From Vicinamibacteria bacterium (GTDB lineage Bacteria > Acidobacteriota > Vicinamibacteria > Vicinamibacterales > JAENWD01): a stretch of DNA of 64,000 bases. The stretch spans positions 291,005-355,004 of the forward strand of contig CAVRDA010000021.1 in NCBI GenBank assembly GCA_963719755.1, in the 5' to 3' direction. Under the pieces are notes generated by a model that was not told the origin of the DNA, did no database searches, and was given only the letters and a program-made list of their open reading frames with translations. The position numbers and the translations under genes were made by a program. Positions 1 to 8,870 of this stretch are shown piece by piece. Every line of letters starts with the position of its first letter. Position 1 is the first letter of the stretch.

Positions 1-565
1 CAAGGGCGGCATCGGCACCGCATCCAGGCAGCTTGGCGCCGAGGCGGGCGGCTTTGTCGTCGGCGTGCTGCTGCAGGCGAACTTCGGCCGCCGGAGCACG
101 CTGATGATCGACGGCGTGCCGGTCGGGCGCGAGATTCCGCTGCCACCGCGAGCCGCCGCCCTGGAGGTTCAGGCGAGCGGCCGCGAAGGCTCGGTGATCG
201 TGGTCATCGCGACCGACGCTCCGGTCTCGTCCAGGCAACTGGAACGGATCTGCCGCCGCGCGACGCTTGGACTGGCGCGCACCGGGACGTGGTCCGGCAA
301 CGGCAGCGGCGACATCTTCGTCGCGTTCTCGACCGCGAATCAGTTCGACAAGGCCGACGAGCGGCGCGAGCGACCGATCCGCTGGTACGACCCCGGACGG
401 ATGGACCCGCTGTTTCTCGCCACCGTCGAAGCGGTGGAGGAAGCGGTGCTCAACGCGATGATGCGGGCTGAAACGATGACCGGCGTCAACGGCCGGACGA
501 TCGAGGCGCTGCCGTACGATCGGCTGCGGGACGCGATGCGGAAGTACGGACGGCCGATCGGTTGA
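1..565 (+). CDS. DmpA/S58-family aminopeptidase, 5' partial
   Basis: GSVIVVIATDAP and SGNGSGDIFVAFSTAN motifs; the reading frame runs off the window start. Confidence 0.85.
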   Translation, partial: KGGIGTASRQLGAEAGGFVVGVLLQANFGRRSTLMIDGVPVGREIPLPPRAAALEVQASGREGSVIVVIATDAPVSSRQLERICRRATLGLARTGTWSGNGSGDIFVAFSTANQFDKADERRERPIRWYDPGRMDPLFLATVEAVEEAVLNAMMRAETMTGVNGRTIEALPYDRLRDAMRKYGRPIG

Positions 566-673
566 TCAGGGCGAGAAGTAGTAGTTCGCGAACCACAGCG
601 CCACGATGACCGCCGCTTCGATGGCCAGGACCTTGACGACGGTCATCGCGAAGGGTCGACTGTCTGCGTTCAT
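566..673 (-). CDS. 35-aa single-pass membrane peptide (MNADSRPFAMTVVKVLAIEAAVIVALWFANYYFSP)
   Basis: Translated by hand; ATG-to-TGA frame with GC-rich third positions and one hydrophobic helix; downstream of argH; not in the ORF track. Confidence 0.55.
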   Translation of the reverse strand: MNADSRPFAMTVVKVLAIEAAVIVALWFANYYFSP

Positions 674-686
674 GGCATTCGAACTC

Positions 687-714
687 CGGACCCGGGACCC
701 CGGACCCCGGACCC
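687..714. repeat. Heptamer tandem repeat (C/G)GGACCC x4
   Basis: cggaccc gggaccc cggaccc cggaccc, immediately 3' of the argH stop. Confidence 0.85.
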
Positions 715-715
715 T

Positions 716-2170
716 TTAGAGCCCCTCGCTCCTCTGTCGCCGCCGCACTTCCGACGCCGTCAGCGCCGAGCGGCGCTCCGTCAGCCAGCCGTGGTGCTGG
801 TCGAGCAGCGCCTGGGACTCCGCCATGGCGCGGCCGGTCTCGTTCGGCGCCGGACCTCCCAGCGTCTGGCGAACGTTCACGAAGTGCCGCGGGCTCAGGA
901 TCCGCTGCAGATCGGCGTCGCTGTAAAGCAGCGGCCGTCCGACGGTGTGCATCGACGCGCCGGCGAGGACAGCGGACAGGTTGGACTGCGGGTTTTCGAC
1001 CCGCGCCTTCATCACGCGGCCGGCAATCGCGTGCGCGGTCTTGAACGGCAGGTCGTGATCGCGCGCCAGCGTGTCGGCCAGTTCGGTCAGCGTCGTCCCG
1101 CCCTCGCCCGCCCGCGCCTCGAGCCGCTCGGGATCGAACTCGGCCGTCTGCATGGCGGCAGCTACCAGTCGCACCGCGCGCACGGCGTCGCGGAACATCG
1201 ACGACACCAGCGGCTGCAAGTCGTCCTCGGTGTCGACGATGTCGCCGAATGGCGTGTTGTGCACGGTCGTGACGATGGCCTGGGCCTGGCCGAGCGCCTT
1301 GCTGCCGATGGCCCGCGCGTGCTCGATAGCCACCGGGTTGCGCTTCTGCGGCATGATGCTGCTCGACTGGACGAAGCCATCGCCGAATCGCACGTAGCTG
1401 AACTCGAGCGTGCCCCAGAGCAGCAGGTCCTGCACGAACCGGCCGAGCCCTGCGAGCAGGACGGTCGTCGCCGAGACGCTCTCGAGCAGGTAGTCCACCG
1501 TCGCGATGCTGCCGTAGGTGTTGCCGGTCGGGCCGTCGAAGCCGAGCAGGTCGCTCGTCAGGTGGCGGTCGATGGGAAACCCGGTGCCGGTGATGGCGCA
1601 TGCGCCCAGCGGGTTCCGGTTCGTCGTCGCGAACGATGCCTGGAGCCGCACCGCGTCGCGCTCGAGCTGCTCGATCACGGCGAGCAGGTAGTGCGCGACC
1701 GTCGACGGCTGCGCCGGCTGGGTGTGCGTGTGGACCGCCATCACGGTCTCGCGGTGCTTCTCGGCGACGTCGAGCAGGCTGTCGCGCAGCGCCAGCACGC
1801 CTTCGTAGAGCGCGAGGATGAACTCGCGCTGCCGCATCCGGTACATCGTCATGTCGATGTCGTTGCGGCTGCGCGCGATGTGCAGCCGGCCCGCGACGTC
1901 CTCGCCGCAGGCACCGACGAGCAGCCGCTCGACGTAGAAGAACAGGTCTTCGTAGCTGCCGTCGTAGTCGACGCGCTGGATGTCATCGACGACGATCGAG
2001 TCGAGCGCGTCGCGAAGGCGTCGCGCGTCGACGGGGCCGACGATCGCGCGATCGGCCAGCATCACCAGGTGGGCGTAGTGAATCGCCATCAGCGGCGCGA
2101 CGAACAGCCGCTTGGCATCCTCGAAGTTCTCGTTGAGAACGTAGGTGATGTATTCCGGGGCGAAGCGCAT
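716..2170 (-). CDS. argH: Argininosuccinate lyase
   Basis: SSIMPQKRNP signature, HIARSRND, THTQPAQP; start placed at ATG 2170, 8 nt after TATACT. Confidence 0.9.
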   Translation of the reverse strand: MRFAPEYITYVLNENFEDAKRLFVAPLMAIHYAHLVMLADRAIVGPVDARRLRDALDSIVVDDIQRVDYDGSYEDLFFYVERLLVGACGEDVAGRLHIARSRNDIDMTMYRMRQREFILALYEGVLALRDSLLDVAEKHRETVMAVHTHTQPAQPSTVAHYLLAVIEQLERDAVRLQASFATTNRNPLGACAITGTGFPIDRHLTSDLLGFDGPTGNTYGSIATVDYLLESVSATTVLLAGLGRFVQDLLLWGTLEFSYVRFGDGFVQSSSIMPQKRNPVAIEHARAIGSKALGQAQAIVTTVHNTPFGDIVDTEDDLQPLVSSMFRDAVRAVRLVAAAMQTAEFDPERLEARAGEGGTTLTELADTLARDHDLPFKTAHAIAGRVMKARVENPQSNLSAVLAGASMHTVGRPLLYSDADLQRILSPRHFVNVRQTLGGPAPNETGRAMAESQALLDQHHGWLTERRSALTASEVRRRQRSEGL

Positions 2171-2184
2171 CCGCCACAAGTATA

Positions 2185-2272
2185 GGGCGCGCCTGCGGCG
2201 CGGGGGGCGCTTGCGTCGCTCGCGCGGGGGCGCGGCCTTCGGCCGCGGAGGGCACGCCTGCGGCCGGAAGGG
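2185..2272. repeat. REP-like array of short GC hairpins separated by G-rich spacers
   Basis: gcgcttgcgtcgctcgcgcgggggcgcggccttcggccgcggaggg; near-identical units recur at 16495-16550. Confidence 0.7.
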
Positions 2273-2722
2273 TCAGAGGTGTTTCCTCACACCTCCCCAG
2301 AAAAGCGGCCCCGGCCCATGGCGGGCGGCGCGGTCGTCAGGGTTCACCAGCTGGCACCGCTCGAGCGACAGGCAGCCGCAGCTGATGCAGCCGGTGAGGC
2401 CCTGCTTCAGGCGCTCGAGCTCCGCGATGCGCTCGTCGATCCGGCCGCTCCATCCGCGCGACAGCGTGGCCCAGTCCGCGGCTTGCGGCACGCGGTTGTC
2501 GGGCAGCTTCGCCAGCTCCGCCCCCACCTCGTCGAGCGTCAGGCCAACGCGCTGCGCGAAGACGATGAAGGCGACGCGGCGGATGACGGACCGCAGGAAA
2601 CGGCGGTGGCCCGAGGCGTTCCGGACCGACGCGATCAGCCCCCGCTCCTCGTAGAACCGCAGCGCCGAGGTCGCGACGCCGCTGCGCTTCGCCAGCTCGC
2701 CGATGGTGAGCTCGCCGCCCAT
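2273..2722 (-). CDS. soxR: Redox-sensitive [2Fe-2S] transcriptional activator SoxR
   Basis: MerR HTH (IGELAKRSGVATSALRFYE) and CISCGCLSLERC cluster motif. Confidence 0.95.
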   Translation of the reverse strand: MGGELTIGELAKRSGVATSALRFYEERGLIASVRNASGHRRFLRSVIRRVAFIVFAQRVGLTLDEVGAELAKLPDNRVPQAADWATLSRGWSGRIDERIAELERLKQGLTGCISCGCLSLERCQLVNPDDRAARHGPGPLFWGGVRKHL

Positions 2723-2747
2723 CTGCCGAGTATGCGTCGGAAAGGGC

Positions 2748-2778
2748 TTGACTTCAAGTTAACTTGAAGTTCTATCGT
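2748..2778 (+). promoter_or_regulatory. SoxR box in a MerR-type promoter with a 19-bp spacer
   Basis: Perfect palindrome ACTTCAAGTTAACTTGAAGT at 2751-2770; -35 TTGACT at 2748-2753; -10 TATCGT at 2773-2778. Confidence 0.92.
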
Positions 2779-2784
2779 CGTGGC

Positions 2785-3535
2785 ATGTCCAACATCACCA
2801 GTCTCGAAACGTCGGCCACGATCGGGCCCGGCGCGCCGCGGTTTCCGACGATCGGACGGCCCGACGCCGGCGTCGTGCTCGTCAGTCAGTGGCAGGTCGG
2901 CACCTCAGAACGGCAGCGCCTCGCAATTGAGGAGGCCACGGCGGCGTGGAAAGGCATCGCCTGGCCCGACGCCCTGCTGTCGGTTGCCTGGTTCGCCAGC
3001 ATCGACGGCGAGTCGGTCTTCACCTACTCCCAGTGGACCGGCGACGAGGGCGCCGACGCGTTTGCCCGGACGGACGGACCGACATTTCTGCAGCGCCTTC
3101 CGGAGGTCGGTGCCCGGCCTCGAGATCCGCCCGCCGAACAAGGTACCGGCTGTATCGCAGCGGCGCGCGCGAGAACGCCCCCACGCCCGGCTGCGTCGTC
3201 GTCGTGTCGATCGAGTTCGACGGACCGGATGCGGCGCGACAGCGTCACTGGGTGGATCTGGTGTTCGACGCGCTGGCGGCCGAGCCATCGCCGCACCCGG
3301 GAGGCATCTCGGGCCACTTCCACGTCAGCGTCGACGGCACGCGCGTGCTGAACTACGCGGAATGGACGAGCGCCGATGCCCATCGCGACGCCATCGAGCG
3401 CTCGGGTCAGGGCGCCATCGGCGCCGGACCGAAGTGGCGCGACGTGCAGACGTATGCCGGTGTGGTCCGAAGCGGCTTCACGCGATATCAGCTGGTCGCT
3501 AGCCTGCGGTCGCGACGGAGAACGGCCGTGGCTGA
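2785..3535 (+). CDS. Tandem ABM (antibiotic biosynthesis monooxygenase)-fold protein, frameshifted
   Basis: Two related modules, FASIDGESVFTYSQW and FHVSVDGTRVLNYAEW, in different frames; end approximate. Confidence 0.75.
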
Positions 3536-4101
3536 TCACCGCGCTTCAGCTCGCCGTCATCGTCGGCAGCACGAGGGTCGGACGCATCGCGCCCACGGTC
3601 GCCGCGTGGTTCGCGAGAGTGGCAGGCGCGCGCGGCGACATGGCGGTCGACGTCGTCGATCTCGCCGAGGCTCGCCTGCCGGACGTGCTCGGCACCGACG
3701 GCGGTCCCGCGGCCGGGGACATCGCGGTTCGACTCGCCAGCGCCGACGCCTTCGTCGTCGTCACGCCCGAATACAACCACAGCTTCCCCGCGGCGTTGAA
3801 GAACGCCATCGACTGGAACTACGAACCGTGGCGGGCCAAGCCCGTCGGATTCGTCTCGTACGGAGGCGCCTCGGGCGGGCTCCGCGCGGTGGAGCAGCTC
3901 CGGCTGGTGTTCGCGGAGCTGCACGCCGTCACCGTGCGCGACACGGTGAGCTTCCACGGCGTCTGGGCGCAGTTCGACGACCGCGGCGAGCCCGCCGATC
4001 CTGCCCGCAGCGGCAAGACCGCGACGACGATGCTCGACCAGATCCGGTGGTGGGCCGAGGCGCTGCGAGAGGCGCGGTTGAAGCAGCCGTACGCCGCGTA
4101 G
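3528..4101 (+). CDS. NADPH-dependent FMN reductase
   Basis: GSTRxGR, TPEYNHSFPAALKNAID, SYGGASGGLRAVEQLR; GTG start after GGAG, with an early indel. Confidence 0.88.
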
Positions 4102-4164
4102 GTGACGCCCGGCTGCCTTGCCTCCTGTGATTGACCGGAGGGGTACGGCATCATGTAAGGACGC

Positions 4165-5803
4165 ATGATCTCGTTTACCCGCATCAGCAAGCAGTACGGG
4201 CGGCAGGTGCTGTTCGTCGACACGTCGTTCCAGCTCAATCCCGGCGAGAAGGTCGGCCTCGTCGGTCCTAACGGCGCCGGCAAGACCACGCTCTTCCGGA
4301 TGATCGTCGGCGAGGAGCAGCCCGATGAGGGCGACGTCTCGGTCCCGAAGAAGCTGACCATCGGCTACTTCCGCCAGGACGTCGAGGAGATGTCGGGGCG
4401 TTCGGTGATCGACGAGGTCATCGCCGGCAGCGGCCGCCTCGGCGATCTGCACCACGAGCTCGAGGCGCTCCAGCACGCGATGGCCGATCCCGATCAGGCC
4501 GGCGACATGGATCGCATCCTCGCGCGGTTCGGCGAGGTGCAGGAGGAGTACGACCACCTCGGCGGCTACGCCATCGAAAGCCAGGCGAGAGAGATCCTGC
4601 ACGGCCTCGGGTTCGACGACGACCGGATCGACGGCGACGTCGGGGCGCTGAGCGGCGGCTGGAAGATGCGCGTCGCGATGGCGCGCGTGATCCTCGGCAA
4701 GCCCGACGTCCTGCTGATGGACGAGCCGACCAACCACCTGGACATCGAGTCGATCATCTGGCTCGAGGCGTTCCTCAAGTCACAGCCGTCGGCCCTGCTG
4801 ATGACGTCGCACGACCGCGACTTCATGAACCGCATCGTCTCGAAGGTCGCGGAGATCGACGCCGGCGAGGTGACGATGTACTCGGGCAACTACGACTTCT
4901 ACGAGCGCGAGCGCGCCATTCGCGAGGCCAACCGCGAGGCCGCTTACGCGCGGCAGCAGGCGATGCTGGCCAAGGAGCAGCGCTTCATCGAGCGCTTCTC
5001 GGCGCACGCCGCCAAGGCGGCGCAGGTGCAGAGCCGCGTGAAGGCGCTGGAGAAGATCGAGAAGATCGAGCTGCCGAAGAAGCGCAAGGTCGTCGCCTTC
5101 GACTTCCGGCCGCCGGCGCGTTCGGGCGACAAGGTCGCGGTCCTCGACGGGGTCGCCAAGGCATACGGCAAGCGCGTCGATCTACGACGGGTTGAACCTG
5201 ACGATTCAGCGCGGCGAGCGATGGGCGGTGATGGGCCGCAACGGCGCGGGAAAGACGACGCTGCTCCGCATGGTGGCCGGCGTCCTGGCGCCCGATGACG
5301 GCGACGTCACGCTCGGCGCGAGCGTGAAGATGGGCTACTTCGCGCAGCAGGCGCTCGACCTGCTGGACCCGGACCTGACCGTCTACGAGCAGATCCAGAA
5401 GGACTTCTCGCACGAGTCCGTCGGGCTGCTGCGCAACCTGCTCGGCGCCTTCCAGTTTTCCGGCGACGAAATCGACAAGCGGATCCGGTCGCTCTCGGGC
5501 GGCGAGAAATCGCGGCTCGTCATGGCGCGCATGCTCTTCGACCCGCCGAACTTCCTGGTCCTGGACGAGCCGACCAACCACCTCGATCTCGCCACGAAGG
5601 ACATGCTGGTCGACGCGCTCAGGAACTTCGAGGGGACGATGATCTTCGTCTCGCACGATCGGACGTTCCTGCGCGGGCTGAGCAACCGCGTGCTGGAGCT
5701 CGGCGGGGAGTCGGGCACGGACTCACATCCCCACGCCTATCCAGGGTCCTACGTCGAGTACGTCGCGAAAACAGGGCACGAAGCGCCAGGCGTGCACGCC
5801 TGA
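4165..5803 (+). CDS. ABC-F family ATPase, frameshifted near 5180
   Basis: Two NBDs (GPNGAGKT/LSGGW/DEPTNHLD and GRNGAGKT/LSGGE/DEPTNHLD) and no membrane segments. Confidence 0.9.
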
Positions 5804-5850
5804 AGGGCTCGGCGCCTGACGGCGCCGAGGAGGGCGCGCCTGCGCTGGTC
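5803..5850. repeat. GC hairpin with a GGAGGG flank between convergent genes; possible terminator or REP-like unit
   Basis: ctcggcgcc-tgac-ggcgccgag followed by gagggcgcgcctgc, similar to 2185-2200. Confidence 0.55.
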
Positions 5851-5917
5851 CGCCGAGAGCGGCCGAGCGCCCTCTGAGCACGCCTCGCCGAGCGTCGCGG
5901 CCAGCGAGCGCCTTACC

Positions 5918-6473
5918 TCAGCGCAGCGCCTGCATGGCGGTGCGGATGCGCGTCTTGACGGTGCCGAGCGGCAGGTTGAACTTCTCTGCCAGCTCCGATT
6001 GCGTGTAGCCCTCGAAGAACGCCGACTCGATCAGCACGCGCTGCTCTGGCGGCAGGTCGTCCAATGCTGCGTCGATGGCGCGGCGCTGCTCCGAGACGCC
6101 GGTCAGGCGTTCGGGGTCGCCTGACACGGTCTTATCCACAGCCGGCGGCATGAGGTCCATTGGCTCGGCCAGGTCCGCGCGGACCTGGCGCGAGCGGAGG
6201 CGATCGATCGCGCGATTGCGGGCGATGCGCACCAGCCAGGCCGACGGCGCGCCGAGTGCCGGGCTGTAGGAGCCGGCATGGTCCCAGACCCGCACGAACA
6301 CTTCCTGAAGGACGTCCTCGGACTCGCCTCGATCGCGAAGCACGCGAAGGATCAGCGAAAACAGCAGCCTGTGAATGGCGGTCGTACAGCTCGCCCAGCG
6401 CCGCGGCATCGCGATCGACGATGCGCTTCAGCAGGGCGATGTCGAACGCAGGCGACGCGGAACTGCCGAGCAT
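5918..6473 (-). CDS. ECF sigma factor (SigK-like), frameshifted near 6375
   Basis: EDVLQEVFVRVW, WLVRIARNRAIDRLR, FFEGYTQSELA...PLGTVKTRIR. Confidence 0.88.
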
Positions 6474-6568
6474 GGAAGTGGCGGTAGCCCAGTCAGCATA
6501 GGCGGAGCGGACCACCGCATCAACCGATCTTCTGCTTGCCGGAATCGTGGGCGAAGTGTTATCGTTCA

Positions 6569-6592
6569 CCGATATATCGGATACCGACATGA
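6569..6592. promoter_or_regulatory. Candidate PadR auto-operator overlapping the start codon
   Basis: Palindrome CCGATATATCGG plus imperfect IR TATATCGG-ATA-CCGACATG. Confidence 0.45.
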
Positions 6593-6930
6593 CAAACCAG
6601 CGTGCGCCGTCGCTGATTCACCTCCACATGCTCCTGGCCCTCGCCGACGGAGACCTCCACGGTTACGGCATCCGGCAGGAAGTGGCCCGGCAAACCGACG
6701 GCGCCATCAAGCTCGGCGCGGGCACCCTCTACGAAGCCATCCAGCGGCTCGAGCAGACCGGGCTCATCGTGGAAACCGACGCGCCGGAGCAGGACGACGA
6801 CCGGCCCCGCCGGTTTTACCGGCTGACGAAGCAGGGCTGGACCGCCGTGCGAGGTGAAGTGGACCGCCTGCAGCGCCTGGTGGACTACGCGCAGACCAAG
6901 CCGCGCCTGCGCCGGACGGGATCGGGATGA
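6589..6930 (+). CDS. PadR-family transcriptional regulator
   Basis: LADGDLHGYGIRQEV, GTLYEAIQRL, RRFYRLTKQG. Confidence 0.9.
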   Translation: MTNQRAPSLIHLHMLLALADGDLHGYGIRQEVARQTDGAIKLGAGTLYEAIQRLEQTGLIVETDAPEQDDDRPRRFYRLTKQGWTAVRGEVDRLQRLVDYAQTKPRLRRTGSG

Positions 6931-6973
6931 CTCCCTCCTCCGTGGCGCTGCGCGTGGAGTAGCTGCGGGCTGC

Positions 6974-8816
6974 TCAGCTCTTCAGCCACTCCGCGAGCCG
7001 TGCCTTGGCCTCGGGAGCGTCGCCGGCGCCTTCGAGCCGCCAGACCTTCTGCGGCTCGACGCCGAGCACGAGCTCGAGAGTGACCAGCCGCTCCCGGCGC
7101 GCCACCAGCAGCGGCACCCGGTCTCCGGGCTTGAATGCCTCGAGCCTGGCCTCCCACTGGTCCGGCCTCACCCGATAGCCCCCGAGCGCGAGGATCTCGT
7201 CGTCGGCGTTGACGCCGGCTTCAAACGCCGGCGTCGCGCGGCGCACCTGCGTCACGATCAGGCGGCCGCCGTCGTTGCGAAGCGTCGCGCCTGGCGCCGC
7301 AAGCGTCAGCCCGCTCCACGACTTGCCGGCTGACGACTCGGGACGGAAGCGCAGACCAAGAAAGTCGAGGTTCGCGTAGTCCAGCTCCTCGGTCGTGTCG
7401 AGCGCACGATGCAGCCACGCGGAAAGGTCTGGCGCCGGCGACTTCGGAGACGACCGCGCGGAAATCCGCCGAGGTGAACCCGCTCGCGCCAGAGTAGCGT
7501 TGATAGGCGAGGCGCATCACGTCATCCAGCGATCGGCTGCCGGCGCTGGCGCGGCGGATCTCCAGGTCGAGCAGGAAGCCGATGACGCCGCCCTTCGTGT
7601 AGTAGCTGATGGTCGTGTTCGGCGTGTTCTCGTCGGGACGGTAGTAGCGGATCCAGGCGTCGAAGGACGCTTCTTCAACCGGCTGCGCGAGCCGGCCGGG
7701 CGTCGTCTGCAACTCGGCGATCATGCCGCTCAGCTCGCCGAAGTACTCGTCGGCGGTGATGACGCCGGCACGGGCCGCGAGCAGATCGCCGTAGTAGCTG
7801 GTGAGCCCCTCGGCAACCCAGAGCGTCTTCGTGTAGTTCTCCTGCTCGTAGTTGAACGGGCCAAGCTCCACCGGGCGCATTCGTTTCGCGTTCCAGGCGT
7901 GGAACAGCTCGTGGCTGACGAGCGACAGCCAGTCGACGTAGCCGCGGCGGCTGCGCGTACGCCAGCGGCTCGTCATCAGCACGGTCGAGTTCTTGTGCTC
8001 GAGGCCGCCGCTCGCCTCGGTGATCATGTTGATGAAGACGTACTTGTCGTGACGGCACCACGCCCCAGAACGCGGCCTGCGCCTCGACGATCTTCTGCAC
8101 GTCGGCGGCGGACCGCGGACCATCCCACACGCCGCCTTCGCCGACGTTGACGAGGAAGTGCGGCACGCCCTTCACGCTGAACTCGTAGACCGCGGGATTG
8201 CCGGCGACGATCGGCGAGTCGACGAGCGTGTCGAAGTCGGCCGCGCGATAGCGATGCGGAGAGCCCGCCACCGCGGGCAGCCCGGTCATCGACGTCTTCC
8301 ATCCGGCCGGGAGCGCCAGCGTCACCTCGTGCGGTCTCGGCCCGGGGTCGTCGGCCAGCGTCAGGAAGGTCGGAGCGCCGTTGATCAGCGCGAACTCGGA
8401 CTTCGACGAAGTTCGTGCGAACGGTCATCTCGCGCCCGTACACCCGGTAGCGCACGGTCACCGACGCCGCGCCGCCGGTCTGCACACGCCACCTGTTCTT
8501 GGCGAGCTTGTCGACCGCTCTCGGCTGACCCGCGCTCTCGGCTCGGACCTGCTCGACGTGCCGCGAGGTACTCGCGCACGAGATAGGAGCCAGGCGTCCA
8601 GACGGCCATCTCGAGCTCGACCTGCGGCCGGCCGCGCGTCGGCACGTCCGCCTGCACCTCGACATAGTGCGTCTGCGGCGAGGGGAAGCTCAGGGTGTAG
8701 CGGACCGGCTCTGGCGCGACGGACGCCGGTTTGGCCTGCCCGGCGGCGATGACATCGATCGGAAGCGACATGATGGATAACGCGAGGACAATGAGGAAGG
8801 CGAACCAACGGGACAT
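6974..8816 (-). CDS. M61 glycyl aminopeptidase-family metallopeptidase with PDZ domain, several frameshifts
   Basis: Signal peptide, WTPGSYLVRE, LVDSP, GGLEH, HELFHAWNAKR, LWVAEGLTSYY, ISYYTKG, C-terminal PDZ-like segment. Confidence 0.88.
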
Positions 8817-8870
8817 CGAACCATGATAGCCGGGTGGGCCCGGCGACCGGGACCCACCCGTCACGCGCTC

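Noticed and set aside
2946-4130. ABM-FMN reductase fusion protein
   Set aside because: The reductase motifs are in another frame and have their own GGAG-GTG start; the long ORF results from indels.
6927-6975. TAG readthrough (pyrrolysine or recoding) after the PadR gene
   Set aside because: The frame runs directly into the convergent M61 gene, and TAG is a normal stop elsewhere in the window.
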